Source: Lutimonas sp.
Lineage (GTDB): Bacteria; Bacteroidota; Bacteroidia; Flavobacteriales; Flavobacteriaceae
Reading direction: 5' to 3'
Assembly: GCF_051011215.1 (NCBI RefSeq)
Contig: NZ_JBPCUJ010000110.1
Location: 591-64,590, forward strand
DNA length: 64,000 bases
The position numbers were made by a program, and so were the translations under genes. Below are positions 19,686-28,650 of this stretch, in pieces; the first letter of the stretch is position 1, and every line of letters begins with the position of its first letter. Under the pieces are notes generated by a model. That model was given only the letters and a program-made list of their open reading frames with translations. It was not told the DNA's origin and made no database searches.

Positions 19686-20918
19686 ATGACGCCACAGGTA
19701 TTATTTTATATTATCATAGCCATACTTCTTATTGATTTTGCCATCGACAAATTAATCAGTTATTTAAATGCCAGGCATTTTGACGATGCCATCCCTGAAG
19801 AATTAATCGATGTATACAGTGAAAAAGAATACCTGAAATCGCAGGCTTATAAAAAAGAGAACTATCAGTTTTCATTGTTTAAAAGTATCTTCACAATTCT
19901 TTTGACCTTGGCCTTCTTTCTCTTTAAAGGCTTTGCTTGGGTAGATGCCATTGCGAGATCCTACAGTTCAAATGAGGTTATTATTGGCTTGATCTTCTTT
20001 GGAATTATCATGATTGCAAGTGATATTTTGAATACGCCGTTTTCCTATTATCACAATTTTGTGATTGAAGAAAAATATGGATTTAACAAAAGCAGCAAAC
20101 GCCTTTTTGTAATTGACAAATTAAAAGGATTGATTCTGAGCGCTGCTATTGGGGGTGGGATTCTGGCACTGATTATTTGGTTTTATCAAATAACGGGCAG
20201 CAGCTTTTGGATTTACACCTGGATTTTTATTGGTCTGTTTACCATTTTTATCACTCTGTTCTACTCCACTTTGATTGTTCCTATTTTTAACAAGCAAAGT
20301 CCCTTGGAAGACGGTGAATTGAAAGATGCTATTTTCAATTTTTCAAATAAGACCGGATTTAAGCTCGACAATATTTATGTAATTGACGGATCTAAAAGAT
20401 CGACCAAGGCCAATGCCTATTTTTCAGGTTTTGGAGCCCGGAAACGAATTGTTTTGTATGACACACTGATCAACGATTTAAATACTGATGAAATAGTCGC
20501 GGTATTGGCTCATGAAATTGGTCATTATAAAAAGAAACATGTATTTATCAATATGCTGCTTTCTTTGATCGTAACAGGTATTACATTGTTTATATTCTCA
20601 CTCCTAATCGACAATGCTCTTTTATCTTCTGCCCTATCTGTTGATAATCCTAGTTTTCATATCGGCCTTATTACCTTCGGAATTCTCTATAGTCCCATTT
20701 CTGAACTCACTGGAATCGTTATGAATGTGATCTCCAGAAAGTTTGAATACCAGGCAGATGACTTTGCCAAAAACAAATTTGACGGTGCAGCACTGATTTC
20801 ATCTCTCAAGAAATTATCTAAAAACAGTTTGAGCAATTTGACACCGCATAAGACAAATGTTTTTGTACACTATTCTCATCCAACCTTATTACAGAGGGTC
20901 AGAAACCTAAACTCTTAA
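19686..20918 (+). CDS. M48 family (Ste24/HtpX-like) zinc metallopeptidase
   Basis: Multi-TM N-terminal half and HEIGHYKKKH (HExxH). ATG 19686 is chosen because the ORF-track start 19617 overlaps the upstream gene by 44 nt. Confidence 0.8.
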   Translation: MTPQVLFYIIIAILLIDFAIDKLISYLNARHFDDAIPEELIDVYSEKEYLKSQAYKKENYQFSLFKSIFTILLTLAFFLFKGFAWVDAIARSYSSNEVIIGLIFFGIIMIASDILNTPFSYYHNFVIEEKYGFNKSSKRLFVIDKLKGLILSAAIGGGILALIIWFYQITGSSFWIYTWIFIGLFTIFITLFYSTLIVPIFNKQSPLEDGELKDAIFNFSNKTGFKLDNIYVIDGSKRSTKANAYFSGFGARKRIVLYDTLINDLNTDEIVAVLAHEIGHYKKKHVFINMLLSLIVTGITLFIFSLLIDNALLSSALSVDNPSFHIGLITFGILYSPISELTGIVMNVISRKFEYQADDFAKNKFDGAALISSLKKLSKNSLSNLTPHKTNVFVHYSHPTLLQRVRNLNS

Positions 20919-20998
20919 ACAGTAAGACCTTCATTCTCAGCCCATAGCTGCCATTCAAAAAACTTGTTAATTACTGAGCTTTATAGTATTTTTAAACT

Positions 20999-23215
20999 AT
21001 GGCATATACTGTAACCATAGAAGAAGAGAAAAAGCAGATCGCAAGCAGGTATAAAGACATGCTGAAAGACACCTATCAAACTTTATCGAATGACGATAAA
21101 TTATTGATACGTAAAGCTTTTGACGTAGCAGCAGATGCCCATAAAGATCAAAGAAGAAAAACTGGAGAGCCTTATATATACCACCCTATAGCAGTTGCCA
21201 AGATTGTGGCGAACGAAATAGGTCTGGGTGCTTACTCCATCGCTTCGGCCTTACTTCATGATGTCGTTGAAGATACAGATTATACCTTCGCAGATTTGGA
21301 GCAGATTTTTGGTGAAACCATTACCAAAATCGTCAATGGGCTTACCAAAATTTCTAAACTTCAAAAAGATCAGGACGTTTCTATTCAGGCTGAGAATTTC
21401 AGGAAAATGCTACTGACCCTTAATGATGATGTACGTGTGATTCTAATCAAAATTGCCGACAGACTGCACAATATGCAAACACTTGCCTCCATGCGCGAGG
21501 ATAAACAAGTAAAAATCGCTTCTGAAACGCTTTTTATTTATGCACCGTTGGCTCATCGACTGGGGCTTTACAATATTAAAACACAACTTGAGGATTTAGG
21601 GCTTAAATATACTGAAAATGAAGTATATACGGATATAAAAGAAAAAATATCTGAAAGTAAGGAAGAGCAAGAAATATATATAGATAGCTTTACCAAAATC
21701 ATCAAGGATTCTCTTGACAAAGAAGGGTTTAAATACACGATTAAAGGGCGTACAAAATCAATTTATTCGATTCGCAAAAAGATGGTAAATCAGCGCGTTT
21801 CATTTGACGAAGTCTACGATAAGTTTGCCATCCGTATCGTTTATAATTCCACTTTGAAAAACGAGAAGTTTGATGCCTGGAAGATCTATTCTATCGTTAC
21901 CGATCACTTTAGCCCAAATCCTAACAGGTTAAGAGATTGGATTACTCAACCTAAAACTACAGGCTATGAATCCTTGCACACTACTGTCATGGGTCCAAAA
22001 GGAAAATGGGTGGAGATTCAAATCAGGTCGAGTCGTATGGACGAGATTGCTGAAAAAGGCTACGCGGCTCATTTTAAATACAAACATGGTTCCCAACAGG
22101 AATCCGGCTTGGAAGGCTGGCTCAATAAATTAAGAGAATCTCTTGAAAATCCGGATGTCAATGCTGTAGATTTTGTAGAACAGTTTAAATTAAACCTGTA
22201 TGCCAAAGAAATTTATGTCTTTACACCAAATGGCGATATAAAATCGCTGCCTAAAGGAGCTACAGCGCTTGATTTTGCTTTTGCCATTCACACAGAAGTA
22301 GGTATGCGCTGCCGGGCTGCCAAAGTAAATAGCAGGCTGACTCAAATTAGCAAGGTACTCAACAGTGGGGATCAGGTAGAGATTATTACCTCTAAAAATC
22401 AAAAACCAAAATTGGCATGGCTGGACATCGTAAAAACCGCCAGAGCGAAATCCCGAATCAAAAGCATTCTTAAGGAAGAACACAAGATTATTGCCAAAGA
22501 AGGGCGCGAAGTTCTGGAACGAAAATTACGCCATTTAAAAATTAAACTGAACGAAAAAACAATTAATGAACTGGTAAATTTTTTCAAACTTAAAACAAGT
22601 TTTGACCTATTCTATAAAATTGGAAACGGCAGTATAGACAACCAGCAACTAAAAAAATATGCGGCACAGCGTTCCAATGTATTGATGAACTTTTGGAAAA
22701 GTCGCATGAACCGGCCTTCAGCACTGAAACAAGAGGTGATCAAGGAGGAAGTTACCGCCAACTATGACATGCTGGTTTTTGGCAAAAATGAGGAAAAATT
22801 AAAATACAGCCTTTCCAAATGCTGTAATCCCATTCCTGGTGATTCCGTATTTGGTTTTGTTACCATAAAGGATGGAATCAAAGTGCATAAGCACAATTGT
22901 CCGAATGCACTTAGCATGCAATCTCAATACGCCTATAGGGTGATCTCAGCCAAATGGATCGATTCTTCACATCAGGGCTTTAAGGCTACTTTAGAAATTA
23001 CCGGAGTGGACAACCTGGGGCTTATCAATGAGGTAACCAAAGTGATATCAAGCGTTCTAAACGTTAACATACACAGTATCAACATATCCGGAGAGGACGG
23101 ATTCTTCCACGGAATGATTACAGTTCATATCAACAACCAGAAACATTTGAAAAATTTAATTCAAAAATTACTCAAGATCGAGGGTATTGAGAAAGTAACG
23201 AGAAACACCAATTAA
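20999..23215 (+). CDS. spoT: Bifunctional (p)ppGpp synthetase/hydrolase, RelA/SpoT homolog
   Basis: HD hydrolase motif LHDVVEDT, synthetase region RTKSIYSIRKKM...DKFAIRIV...EIQIRS, and TGS and ACT-like C-terminal domains. Confidence 0.92.
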   Translation: MAYTVTIEEEKKQIASRYKDMLKDTYQTLSNDDKLLIRKAFDVAADAHKDQRRKTGEPYIYHPIAVAKIVANEIGLGAYSIASALLHDVVEDTDYTFADLEQIFGETITKIVNGLTKISKLQKDQDVSIQAENFRKMLLTLNDDVRVILIKIADRLHNMQTLASMREDKQVKIASETLFIYAPLAHRLGLYNIKTQLEDLGLKYTENEVYTDIKEKISESKEEQEIYIDSFTKIIKDSLDKEGFKYTIKGRTKSIYSIRKKMVNQRVSFDEVYDKFAIRIVYNSTLKNEKFDAWKIYSIVTDHFSPNPNRLRDWITQPKTTGYESLHTTVMGPKGKWVEIQIRSSRMDEIAEKGYAAHFKYKHGSQQESGLEGWLNKLRESLENPDVNAVDFVEQFKLNLYAKEIYVFTPNGDIKSLPKGATALDFAFAIHTEVGMRCRAAKVNSRLTQISKVLNSGDQVEIITSKNQKPKLAWLDIVKTARAKSRIKSILKEEHKIIAKEGREVLERKLRHLKIKLNEKTINELVNFFKLKTSFDLFYKIGNGSIDNQQLKKYAAQRSNVLMNFWKSRMNRPSALKQEVIKEEVTANYDMLVFGKNEEKLKYSLSKCCNPIPGDSVFGFVTIKDGIKVHKHNCPNALSMQSQYAYRVISAKWIDSSHQGFKATLEITGVDNLGLINEVTKVISSVLNVNIHSINISGEDGFFHGMITVHINNQKHLKNLIQKLLKIEGIEKVTRNTN

Positions 23216-23262
23216 AACTTACTTTTTTTACATTTAATTGGCTTAGATATGGGGATAAAATG

Positions 23263-23270
23263 TAACTTTG
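23263..23270 (+). promoter_or_regulatory. -7 box TAacTTTG upstream of fur
   Basis: Exact TAnnTTTG match. Its TTG (23268) is the ORF-track start, and the first ATG is 27 nt downstream at 23298. Confidence 0.4.
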
Positions 23271-23297
23271 CAAAGCAAGAACCAGGATTCCATCCAC

Positions 23298-23744
23298 ATG
23301 AGCAATAATCAAAATCAGGAAACAGTTAAAAACTTCTTTACCAAGTTTTTAGAAGACAATAGTCATAGAAAAACTCCAGAAAGATTCGCGATTCTTCAAG
23401 AGATTTATGATAACGATGATCATTTTGATATCGAGACCTTGTATATCGAAATGAAGAATAAGAATTATCGTGTGAGCAGGGCAACGCTTTACAACACGAT
23501 CGAACTACTCTTAGAATGTGGACTTGTAAGAAGGCATCAATTTGGCCAGAACCAGGCCCATTATGAGAAATCCTATTTCAACAAACAACATGACCATGTT
23601 ATCTTGACCGATACCGGAGAGGTGATAGAATTTTGTGATCCAAGAATTGAGAATATCAAAAAATCTATCGAAGAAGTATTTGATGTGAAAATTGAAAGTC
23701 ACTCGCTGTACTTCTATGGACAAAAGAACAAAACCGCTAAATAA
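23298..23744 (+). CDS. fur: Fur family transcriptional regulator
   Basis: 148 aa from ATG 23298. Winged-helix region [14 protein letters not shown]...[20 protein letters not shown] and a His-rich dimerisation/metal region (QHDHVIL...EFCD). Confidence 0.8.
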   Translation: MSNNQNQETVKNFFTKFLEDNSHRKTPERFAILQEIYDNDDHFDIETLYIEMKNKNYRVSRATLYNTIELLLECGLVRRHQFGQNQAHYEKSYFNKQHDHVILTDTGEVIEFCDPRIENIKKSIEEVFDVKIESHSLYFYGQKNKTAK

Positions 23745-23761
23745 CTTATAAATATTTTTAA

Positions 23762-25030
23762 ATGATTGATTTACTACTAGGCCTGCAATGGGGTGATGAA
23801 GGAAAGGGAAAAATCGTTGATGTACTAACCAAAAATTATGATATTATTGCCAGATTTCAAGGTGGTCCAAATGCCGGGCATACCTTAATTTTTGATGGTA
23901 ACAAGCACGTTCTGCACACGATACCTTCTGGTATTTTTCACGAAAGAGCCATTAATGTAGTCGGAAACGGTGTAGTTATAGACCCGGTAATTTTTAAAAA
24001 AGAGTTAGACAATCTCGCTGAATACAATATTGATTTTAAAACAAAATTGTTAATTTCGAGGAAAGCGCATATCATTTTACCAACACATCGTTTACTCGAT
24101 GCTGCTTCTGAAAAGATGAAAGGAAAGTTGAAAATTGGATCAACTTTAAAAGGCATTGGGCCAACCTATATGGATAAAACAGGAAGAAACGGCCTGAGAA
24201 TAGGTGACCTTGAAATGAGCGACTGGAAAGATCGATACAAAGCACTTACCAAAAAACATCTGAACATGATTAAGTTTTATGATGTAGAACTTGATTTTGA
24301 TCTTGAGACCCTTGAAAAAGAATTTTCAGCTGCTGTAGAAGCGCTAAAAGAACTTACATTCATCGATAGTGAGGAATATATAAATCAGGCACTGTCTAAA
24401 GGTAAATCAATATTGGCGGAAGGTGCTCAGGGATCTTTATTAGATATCGATTTTGGGACCTATCCGTTTGTGACCTCCTCCAATACAACTGCTGCAGGTG
24501 CCTGCACAGGACTGGGTGTTGCTCCTAACAAAATCGGAAAGGTGTTTGGAATTTTTAAGGCATATACAACAAGAGTAGGTTCAGGCCCCTTCCCTTCTGA
24601 ATTATTTGATGAAGACGGAGCAAGAATGGCAAAAGTAGGCCATGAATTTGGAGCTACTACCGGAAGACCCAGACGTTGTGGATGGCTGGATCTGATCGCA
24701 CTGAAATATGCGGTTCAAATCAATGGAGTGACCCAGTTAATGATGATGAAAGGTGATGTTTTATCCGGATTCGACACTCTTAAAGCCTGTACTTCTTATA
24801 CCTATAAAGGTGAAGATATTTTCCACTTCCCTTATAATATTGAAGAAGACAATGTAAAAGTAAACTATACTGAGTTTGAGGGATGGCAAGAAGATTTGAC
24901 TGCCATGACAGCGTCGGATCAGCTACCTAAAAACCTGAATGACTATATTGCATTTATTGAGGATTTTGTGAATGTAAAAGTAACGGTTGTTTCTGTTGGT
25001 CCGGACAGAAAACAAACAATCATGGTCTAA
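23762..25030 (+). CDS. purA: Adenylosuccinate synthase
   Basis: GLQWGDEGKGK P-loop, GPNAGHT and TTGRPRRCGWLD. Confidence 0.95.
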   Translation: MIDLLLGLQWGDEGKGKIVDVLTKNYDIIARFQGGPNAGHTLIFDGNKHVLHTIPSGIFHERAINVVGNGVVIDPVIFKKELDNLAEYNIDFKTKLLISRKAHIILPTHRLLDAASEKMKGKLKIGSTLKGIGPTYMDKTGRNGLRIGDLEMSDWKDRYKALTKKHLNMIKFYDVELDFDLETLEKEFSAAVEALKELTFIDSEEYINQALSKGKSILAEGAQGSLLDIDFGTYPFVTSSNTTAAGACTGLGVAPNKIGKVFGIFKAYTTRVGSGPFPSELFDEDGARMAKVGHEFGATTGRPRRCGWLDLIALKYAVQINGVTQLMMMKGDVLSGFDTLKACTSYTYKGEDIFHFPYNIEEDNVKVNYTEFEGWQEDLTAMTASDQLPKNLNDYIAFIEDFVNVKVTVVSVGPDRKQTIMV

Positions 25031-25050
25031 TAAGTTCCATGAATAGTTAA

Positions 25051-25091
25051 AAAAAAGGTAAAGCTCTTGCAAAGATTCTTTACCTTTTTTT
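25051..25091 (+). terminator. Rho-independent terminator of purA, with A-run/T-run flanks and possibly bidirectional
   Basis: GGTAAAG...CTTTACC stem with an inner TCTT/AAGA extension, flanked by A6 upstream and T7 downstream. It sits 21 nt after the purA stop. Confidence 0.6.
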
Positions 25092-25100
25092 CATTTAGAT

Positions 25101-25108
25101 TATATTTG
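25101..25108 (+). promoter_or_regulatory. -7 box TAtaTTTG upstream of the OstA-like gene
   Basis: Exact TAnnTTTG match immediately after the purA terminator and 24 nt upstream of the TTG at 25133. Confidence 0.4.
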
Positions 25109-25132
25109 TATCACTTAAATTTCAGAATAGAT

Positions 25133-26635
25133 TTGAAATCAATCCTGCTTCTTATATTGTCTTGTTTCTTTTCCTTTTCGGGCCTCGCTCAGGGAAAAAG
25201 GATACAGATTATTCATTCCGACAATTCAAGCATTGATGAAGTAAGGCTTCCTGGCGCTACCATTTTATTGGGTAATGTTGTTATCAGACATGAAGGAATT
25301 AAACTTAATTGCAAGAAAGCAGTACATTATAAAAATCAAAATTTTATCAAAGCCTATGGCGATGTTGTTCTAAATCAAGGTGACAGCATCGTTCAAACCA
25401 GTCAATATACAGAGTATAATGGCAACAATCAGAAAGCACTTTCATGGGGTAATGTCATTATTAAAGACTCTAAGATGACACTGAGTACAGACACCTTGAA
25501 TTTTGATCGCAATCGACAGCTCTTATACTACCGATACGGAGCAACGATTAAAGATAGTATCAACGTACTTACAAGCAATAGAGGAAATTATCATTTGGAT
25601 ACAAATAAATTTCAAGCCGTATCTGACGTCGTCCTCACTAATCCAGACTATGTACTGGAGTCAAATCATTTAGATTATTACACCAATAGTGGTCAGGCCT
25701 ACCTCTACGGCCCTTCTACCATCACCAGTGATGACAATCTAATTTATTGTGAAAAAGGTTTTTATGACACCAAGGCCAACATCTCACATTTCACTAAAAA
25801 TGCAAGAATAGAATTTGACGAAAAGGAAATCAAGGCCGACAGCTTGTTTTACAATCGAAATTTAGGTTTTGCCTCTGCAAGTAACAATATGGTGATCATT
25901 GACACGTTGAACCATGTTGTGCTCAAGGGAAACTATGCTGAGTTTTTTGAAAAAGTTGATTCTGCCTTTGTCATCAAAAAAGCGTTGGCCATTACAAATA
26001 CAAATAAAGATTCTTTGTTTATTCACGGAGACACCATTTTAGCGACTGGCAAACCGGATAAAAGAATTATCAGAGCTTATCATTCGGTTAAATTCTTTAA
26101 AAGCGATCTCAGCGGAAAATGTGATTCAATCCACTCGAATCAAGGGAACGGTATAACACAGATGTTCAGATCCCCTATATTATGGTCGAAAAAGAGTCAA
26201 ATTACAGGAGATACCATTCAGTTACTCAATAATACTGCTACAAATACCCTTGATAGCTTAAAAGTACTCAGAAATGCCTTTATCATAGATAAAGACTCCA
26301 TTGGCTATAATCAGATCAAAGGAAGAAATCTCTATGGAAAGTTTGAAGAAAATGATCTTCGATTTGTCAATATCATTGGTAATTCTGAAGTTATCCATTT
26401 TGTTCGAGATGAAGAGCAGGCACTGATAGGCATTGAAAAGACCTCCTGCAGTGAAATACATTTTGTATTGAGAGACGGAAAAATAGAGTCATCTAAATTT
26501 ATAAACCTTCCAGATGGACAGACCTATCCTCCATCAAGGTTACCTAAAAATGCACGAAAACTAAGAGGATTTATCTGGCGTGAAAGCGAAAAACCACTCT
26601 CAAAAAATGATATTTTCATAAAAGATGAAGAATGA
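25133..26635 (+). CDS. OstA/LptA-like repeat protein (LPS-transport related, periplasmic)
   Basis: The start is set at TTG 25133, giving a signal peptide (M)KSILLLILSCFFSFSGLAQ. The ORF-track start 25067 lies inside the purA terminator hairpin. Repetitive beta-rich OstA_N-like sequence; the family is from memory. Confidence 0.6.
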   Translation: MKSILLLILSCFFSFSGLAQGKRIQIIHSDNSSIDEVRLPGATILLGNVVIRHEGIKLNCKKAVHYKNQNFIKAYGDVVLNQGDSIVQTSQYTEYNGNNQKALSWGNVIIKDSKMTLSTDTLNFDRNRQLLYYRYGATIKDSINVLTSNRGNYHLDTNKFQAVSDVVLTNPDYVLESNHLDYYTNSGQAYLYGPSTITSDDNLIYCEKGFYDTKANISHFTKNARIEFDEKEIKADSLFYNRNLGFASASNNMVIIDTLNHVVLKGNYAEFFEKVDSAFVIKKALAITNTNKDSLFIHGDTILATGKPDKRIIRAYHSVKFFKSDLSGKCDSIHSNQGNGITQMFRSPILWSKKSQITGDTIQLLNNTATNTLDSLKVLRNAFIIDKDSIGYNQIKGRNLYGKFEENDLRFVNIIGNSEVIHFVRDEEQALIGIEKTSCSEIHFVLRDGKIESSKFINLPDGQTYPPSRLPKNARKLRGFIWRESEKPLSKNDIFIKDEE

Positions 26636-27812
26636 TTTTTTAAAATATCAGGCACAGACTTCGGGTCATCCTTTACTTTTGGAAATTAAAGAAGCCAAAG
26701 GGAGTTATGTATTCGATAAAAACGATAAAAAATACCTGGATTTTATCGCTGGAGTATCCGCCAACACCCTTGGACATCAACCCAAACCTGTTGTAGATGC
26801 TGTAAAAAAACAATTGGATGCCTACATGCATGTCATGGTTTATGGAGAATTTATTCAAGAGCCTCAAGTAGCTTTAGCTAAGTTATTGGCCGAACATTTA
26901 CCTATATCGTTAAACTGCACCTACTTAACCAATTCGGGTACCGAAGCAACTGAAGGTGCCCTAAAGCTTGCAAAACGGGTGACAGGTCGATTCGAAATAA
27001 TTGCAGCAAGGAATGCCTACCACGGGAATACGCAAGGTGCAATGAGTGTATGTGGAAAGGAAGAACAAAATGCTGCCTTTCGCCCTTTGGTTCCGGGATC
27101 CTCTTTTATTGATTTCAACAATGAAGAAGATATTCATAAGATTACTAAAAACACGGCGGCAGTCATTCTGGAAACAATACAAGGCGGTGCCGGCTTTATT
27201 GTTCCCGAAAATAAGTACCTAAAAAGAGTGAAGGAACGTTGTGAAGCGGTTGGCGCCCTATTAATCCTGGATGAAATTCAATCTGGAATAGGACGTACCG
27301 GAAGTTTTTTCGCCTTCGAACAATTCGATGTTTCCCCTGATATTCTAATTACTGGTAAAGGGCTCGGTGGCGGCATGCCCATCGGGGCGTTTATTTCATC
27401 ACAAGAAATGATGATACAGCTTACGGAAAATCCAAAACTGGGTCATATCACCACCTTTGGTGGCCATCCTGTAATTGCGGCTGCAGCAGAAGCCACACTC
27501 CGCACCCTTTTTACATCAACTTTGATGGATGCTGTTCCTAAGAAAGAGGCTTTGATCAGAAGTTTACTGGTACACGATAGCATTATCGAAATAAGAGGAA
27601 AGGGATTAATGCTTGCTATACTGCTTAAAGAACCTGAACTGGCGGATTATCTTATTCTGGAAGGCCTTAAACATGGTATCTTACTATTTTGGTTATTATA
27701 TGAAGCAAAGGCTGTAAGAATTACACCGCCGCTTACCATAACTGAGGATGAAATTAAACAAGGATGTGAATTGATTCTTAGTATCCTTAACAAAAGCAAA
27801 GAAACGACTTAA
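26625..27812 (+). CDS. Class-III PLP-dependent aminotransferase (acetylornithine/GABA aminotransferase family)
   Basis: LILDEIQSGIGRTG and the PLP-lysine motif ITGKGLGGG. The ATG overlaps the upstream stop by 11 nt. Confidence 0.8.
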   Translation: MKNDFLKYQAQTSGHPLLLEIKEAKGSYVFDKNDKKYLDFIAGVSANTLGHQPKPVVDAVKKQLDAYMHVMVYGEFIQEPQVALAKLLAEHLPISLNCTYLTNSGTEATEGALKLAKRVTGRFEIIAARNAYHGNTQGAMSVCGKEEQNAAFRPLVPGSSFIDFNNEEDIHKITKNTAAVILETIQGGAGFIVPENKYLKRVKERCEAVGALLILDEIQSGIGRTGSFFAFEQFDVSPDILITGKGLGGGMPIGAFISSQEMMIQLTENPKLGHITTFGGHPVIAAAAEATLRTLFTSTLMDAVPKKEALIRSLLVHDSIIEIRGKGLMLAILLKEPELADYLILEGLKHGILLFWLLYEAKAVRITPPLTITEDEIKQGCELILSILNKSKETT

Positions 27813-27847
27813 ATGATTCCATCCACATCTCCTGCTGCATTATTAAA

Positions 27848-27864
27848 TGTGTAAACTTTACACA
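27848..27864. repeat. Perfect inverted repeat TGTGTAAA-C-TTTACACA
   Basis: Read directly from the sequence. It lies 36 nt after the aminotransferase stop and 217 nt upstream of ATG 28081. Confidence 0.5.
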
Positions 27865-27920
27865 ATAATTTGAATTATCAATAATCATAAGCATTATTCA
27901 CTGCGTATATGTTAAAATTG

Positions 27921-27978
27921 TTAAGCAATTCTTAATAAATAATTGATTTCAATCGTTAAATAGTTAAATGTTTCTTAA
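27921..27978. promoter_or_regulatory. Two dyads, TTAAG-N5-CTTAA (27921-27935) and TTAAA-N5-CTTAA (27964-27978), upstream of paralog 1
   Basis: The same pair of dyads occurs upstream of paralog 2. The regulatory role is inferred, not shown. Confidence 0.3.
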
Positions 27979-28003
27979 TTGAGGCAAATTTAACATCATC
28001 GAA

Positions 28004-28031
28004 TGTAACAAATACCCTAAATGTTCCGTCC
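28004..28031 (+). promoter_or_regulatory. ECF-sigma-like promoter TGTAACA-N16-CGTC for paralog 1
   Basis: AAC (28007-28009) and CGTC (28027-28030) are separated by 17 nt. Both motifs are conserved while the spacer varies in the paralogous copy. No TAnnTTTG box is present. Confidence 0.35.
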
Positions 28032-28045
28032 TTTAATAGTATAAA

Positions 28046-28069
28046 TGTCTAATCTATTTGTCTAATCTA
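28046..28069 (+). repeat. Direct repeat TGTCTAATCTA x2 (period 13) in the leader of paralog 1
   Basis: 28046-28056 and 28059-28069 are identical 11-mers separated by TT. The same arrangement occurs at 28651-28674. Confidence 0.6.
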
Positions 28070-28080
28070 AATTATCTATC

Positions 28081-28422
28081 ATGAAAAACTTAAAATTATT
28101 AATTCTTGCACTTGGCCTTTTTACTGTAAATATTTCAGCAGCCAATATGAACCCCATCAAACCAACTGACGAATTACGCATTGAAATTGTCGAATTGATC
28201 GGTTCTAATTATATGAATGAAATGCAGGCTGACGAACAAGGTGCAGAAGCATTGTTCACCGTGAACAATAACAAAGAAATTATTATTCTTTCAGTTGATT
28301 CTGACGATGACTTACTTGAAGGTTATTTAAAAAGAAAATTAAATTATAAGAAAGTAGATCACAGACCAAGTAAACATGGTGAAATCTATTTATTACCTGT
28401 AAAGATGGTTAAGCAATTATAA
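28081..28422 (+). CDS. Small secreted protein, unknown family (paralog 1, 113 aa)
   Basis: Signal peptide MKNLKLLILALGLFTVNISAA. 82/113 residues are identical to the 28687-29028 product by hand alignment. It has its own terminator. Confidence 0.75.
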   Translation: MKNLKLLILALGLFTVNISAANMNPIKPTDELRIEIVELIGSNYMNEMQADEQGAEALFTVNNNKEIIILSVDSDDDLLEGYLKRKLNYKKVDHRPSKHGEIYLLPVKMVKQL

Positions 28423-28446
28423 GAGCCATCTAACATTTAAAAATGT

Positions 28447-28474
28447 AAAGCTGTCTTCGGACAGCTTTTTTTTT
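28447..28474 (+). terminator. Rho-independent terminator of paralog 1
   Basis: AAAGCTGTC-TTCG-GACAGCTTT stem-loop followed by a T-run to 28474. Confidence 0.8.
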
Positions 28475-28526
28475 GATGAGCATAGCATGGTGCTCATAGC
28501 TGATTATCAACACTTTTACTACAATG

Positions 28527-28583
28527 TTAAGGGTATCTTAAGAAATCACACAACTTCAGCGTTGAACGTTAAATGTTTCTTAA
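28527..28583. promoter_or_regulatory. Two dyads, TTAAG-N5-CTTAA (28527-28541) and TTAAA-N5-CTTAA (28569-28583), upstream of paralog 2
   Basis: Counterparts of 27921-27978. The second dyad lies within an 18-nt block (GTTAAATGTTTCTTAATT) identical in both copies. Confidence 0.3.
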
Positions 28584-28608
28584 TTCATGAATTTTTAACA
28601 TTTCCATA

Positions 28609-28636
28609 TGTAACAATTATAGCATTTCTTCCGTCC
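28609..28636 (+). promoter_or_regulatory. ECF-sigma-like promoter TGTAACA-N16-CGTC for paralog 2
   Basis: AAC (28612-28614) and CGTC (28632-28635) are 17 nt apart, the same geometry as at 28004-28031. Confidence 0.35.
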
Positions 28637-28650
28637 TTTAAAAGTATAAA

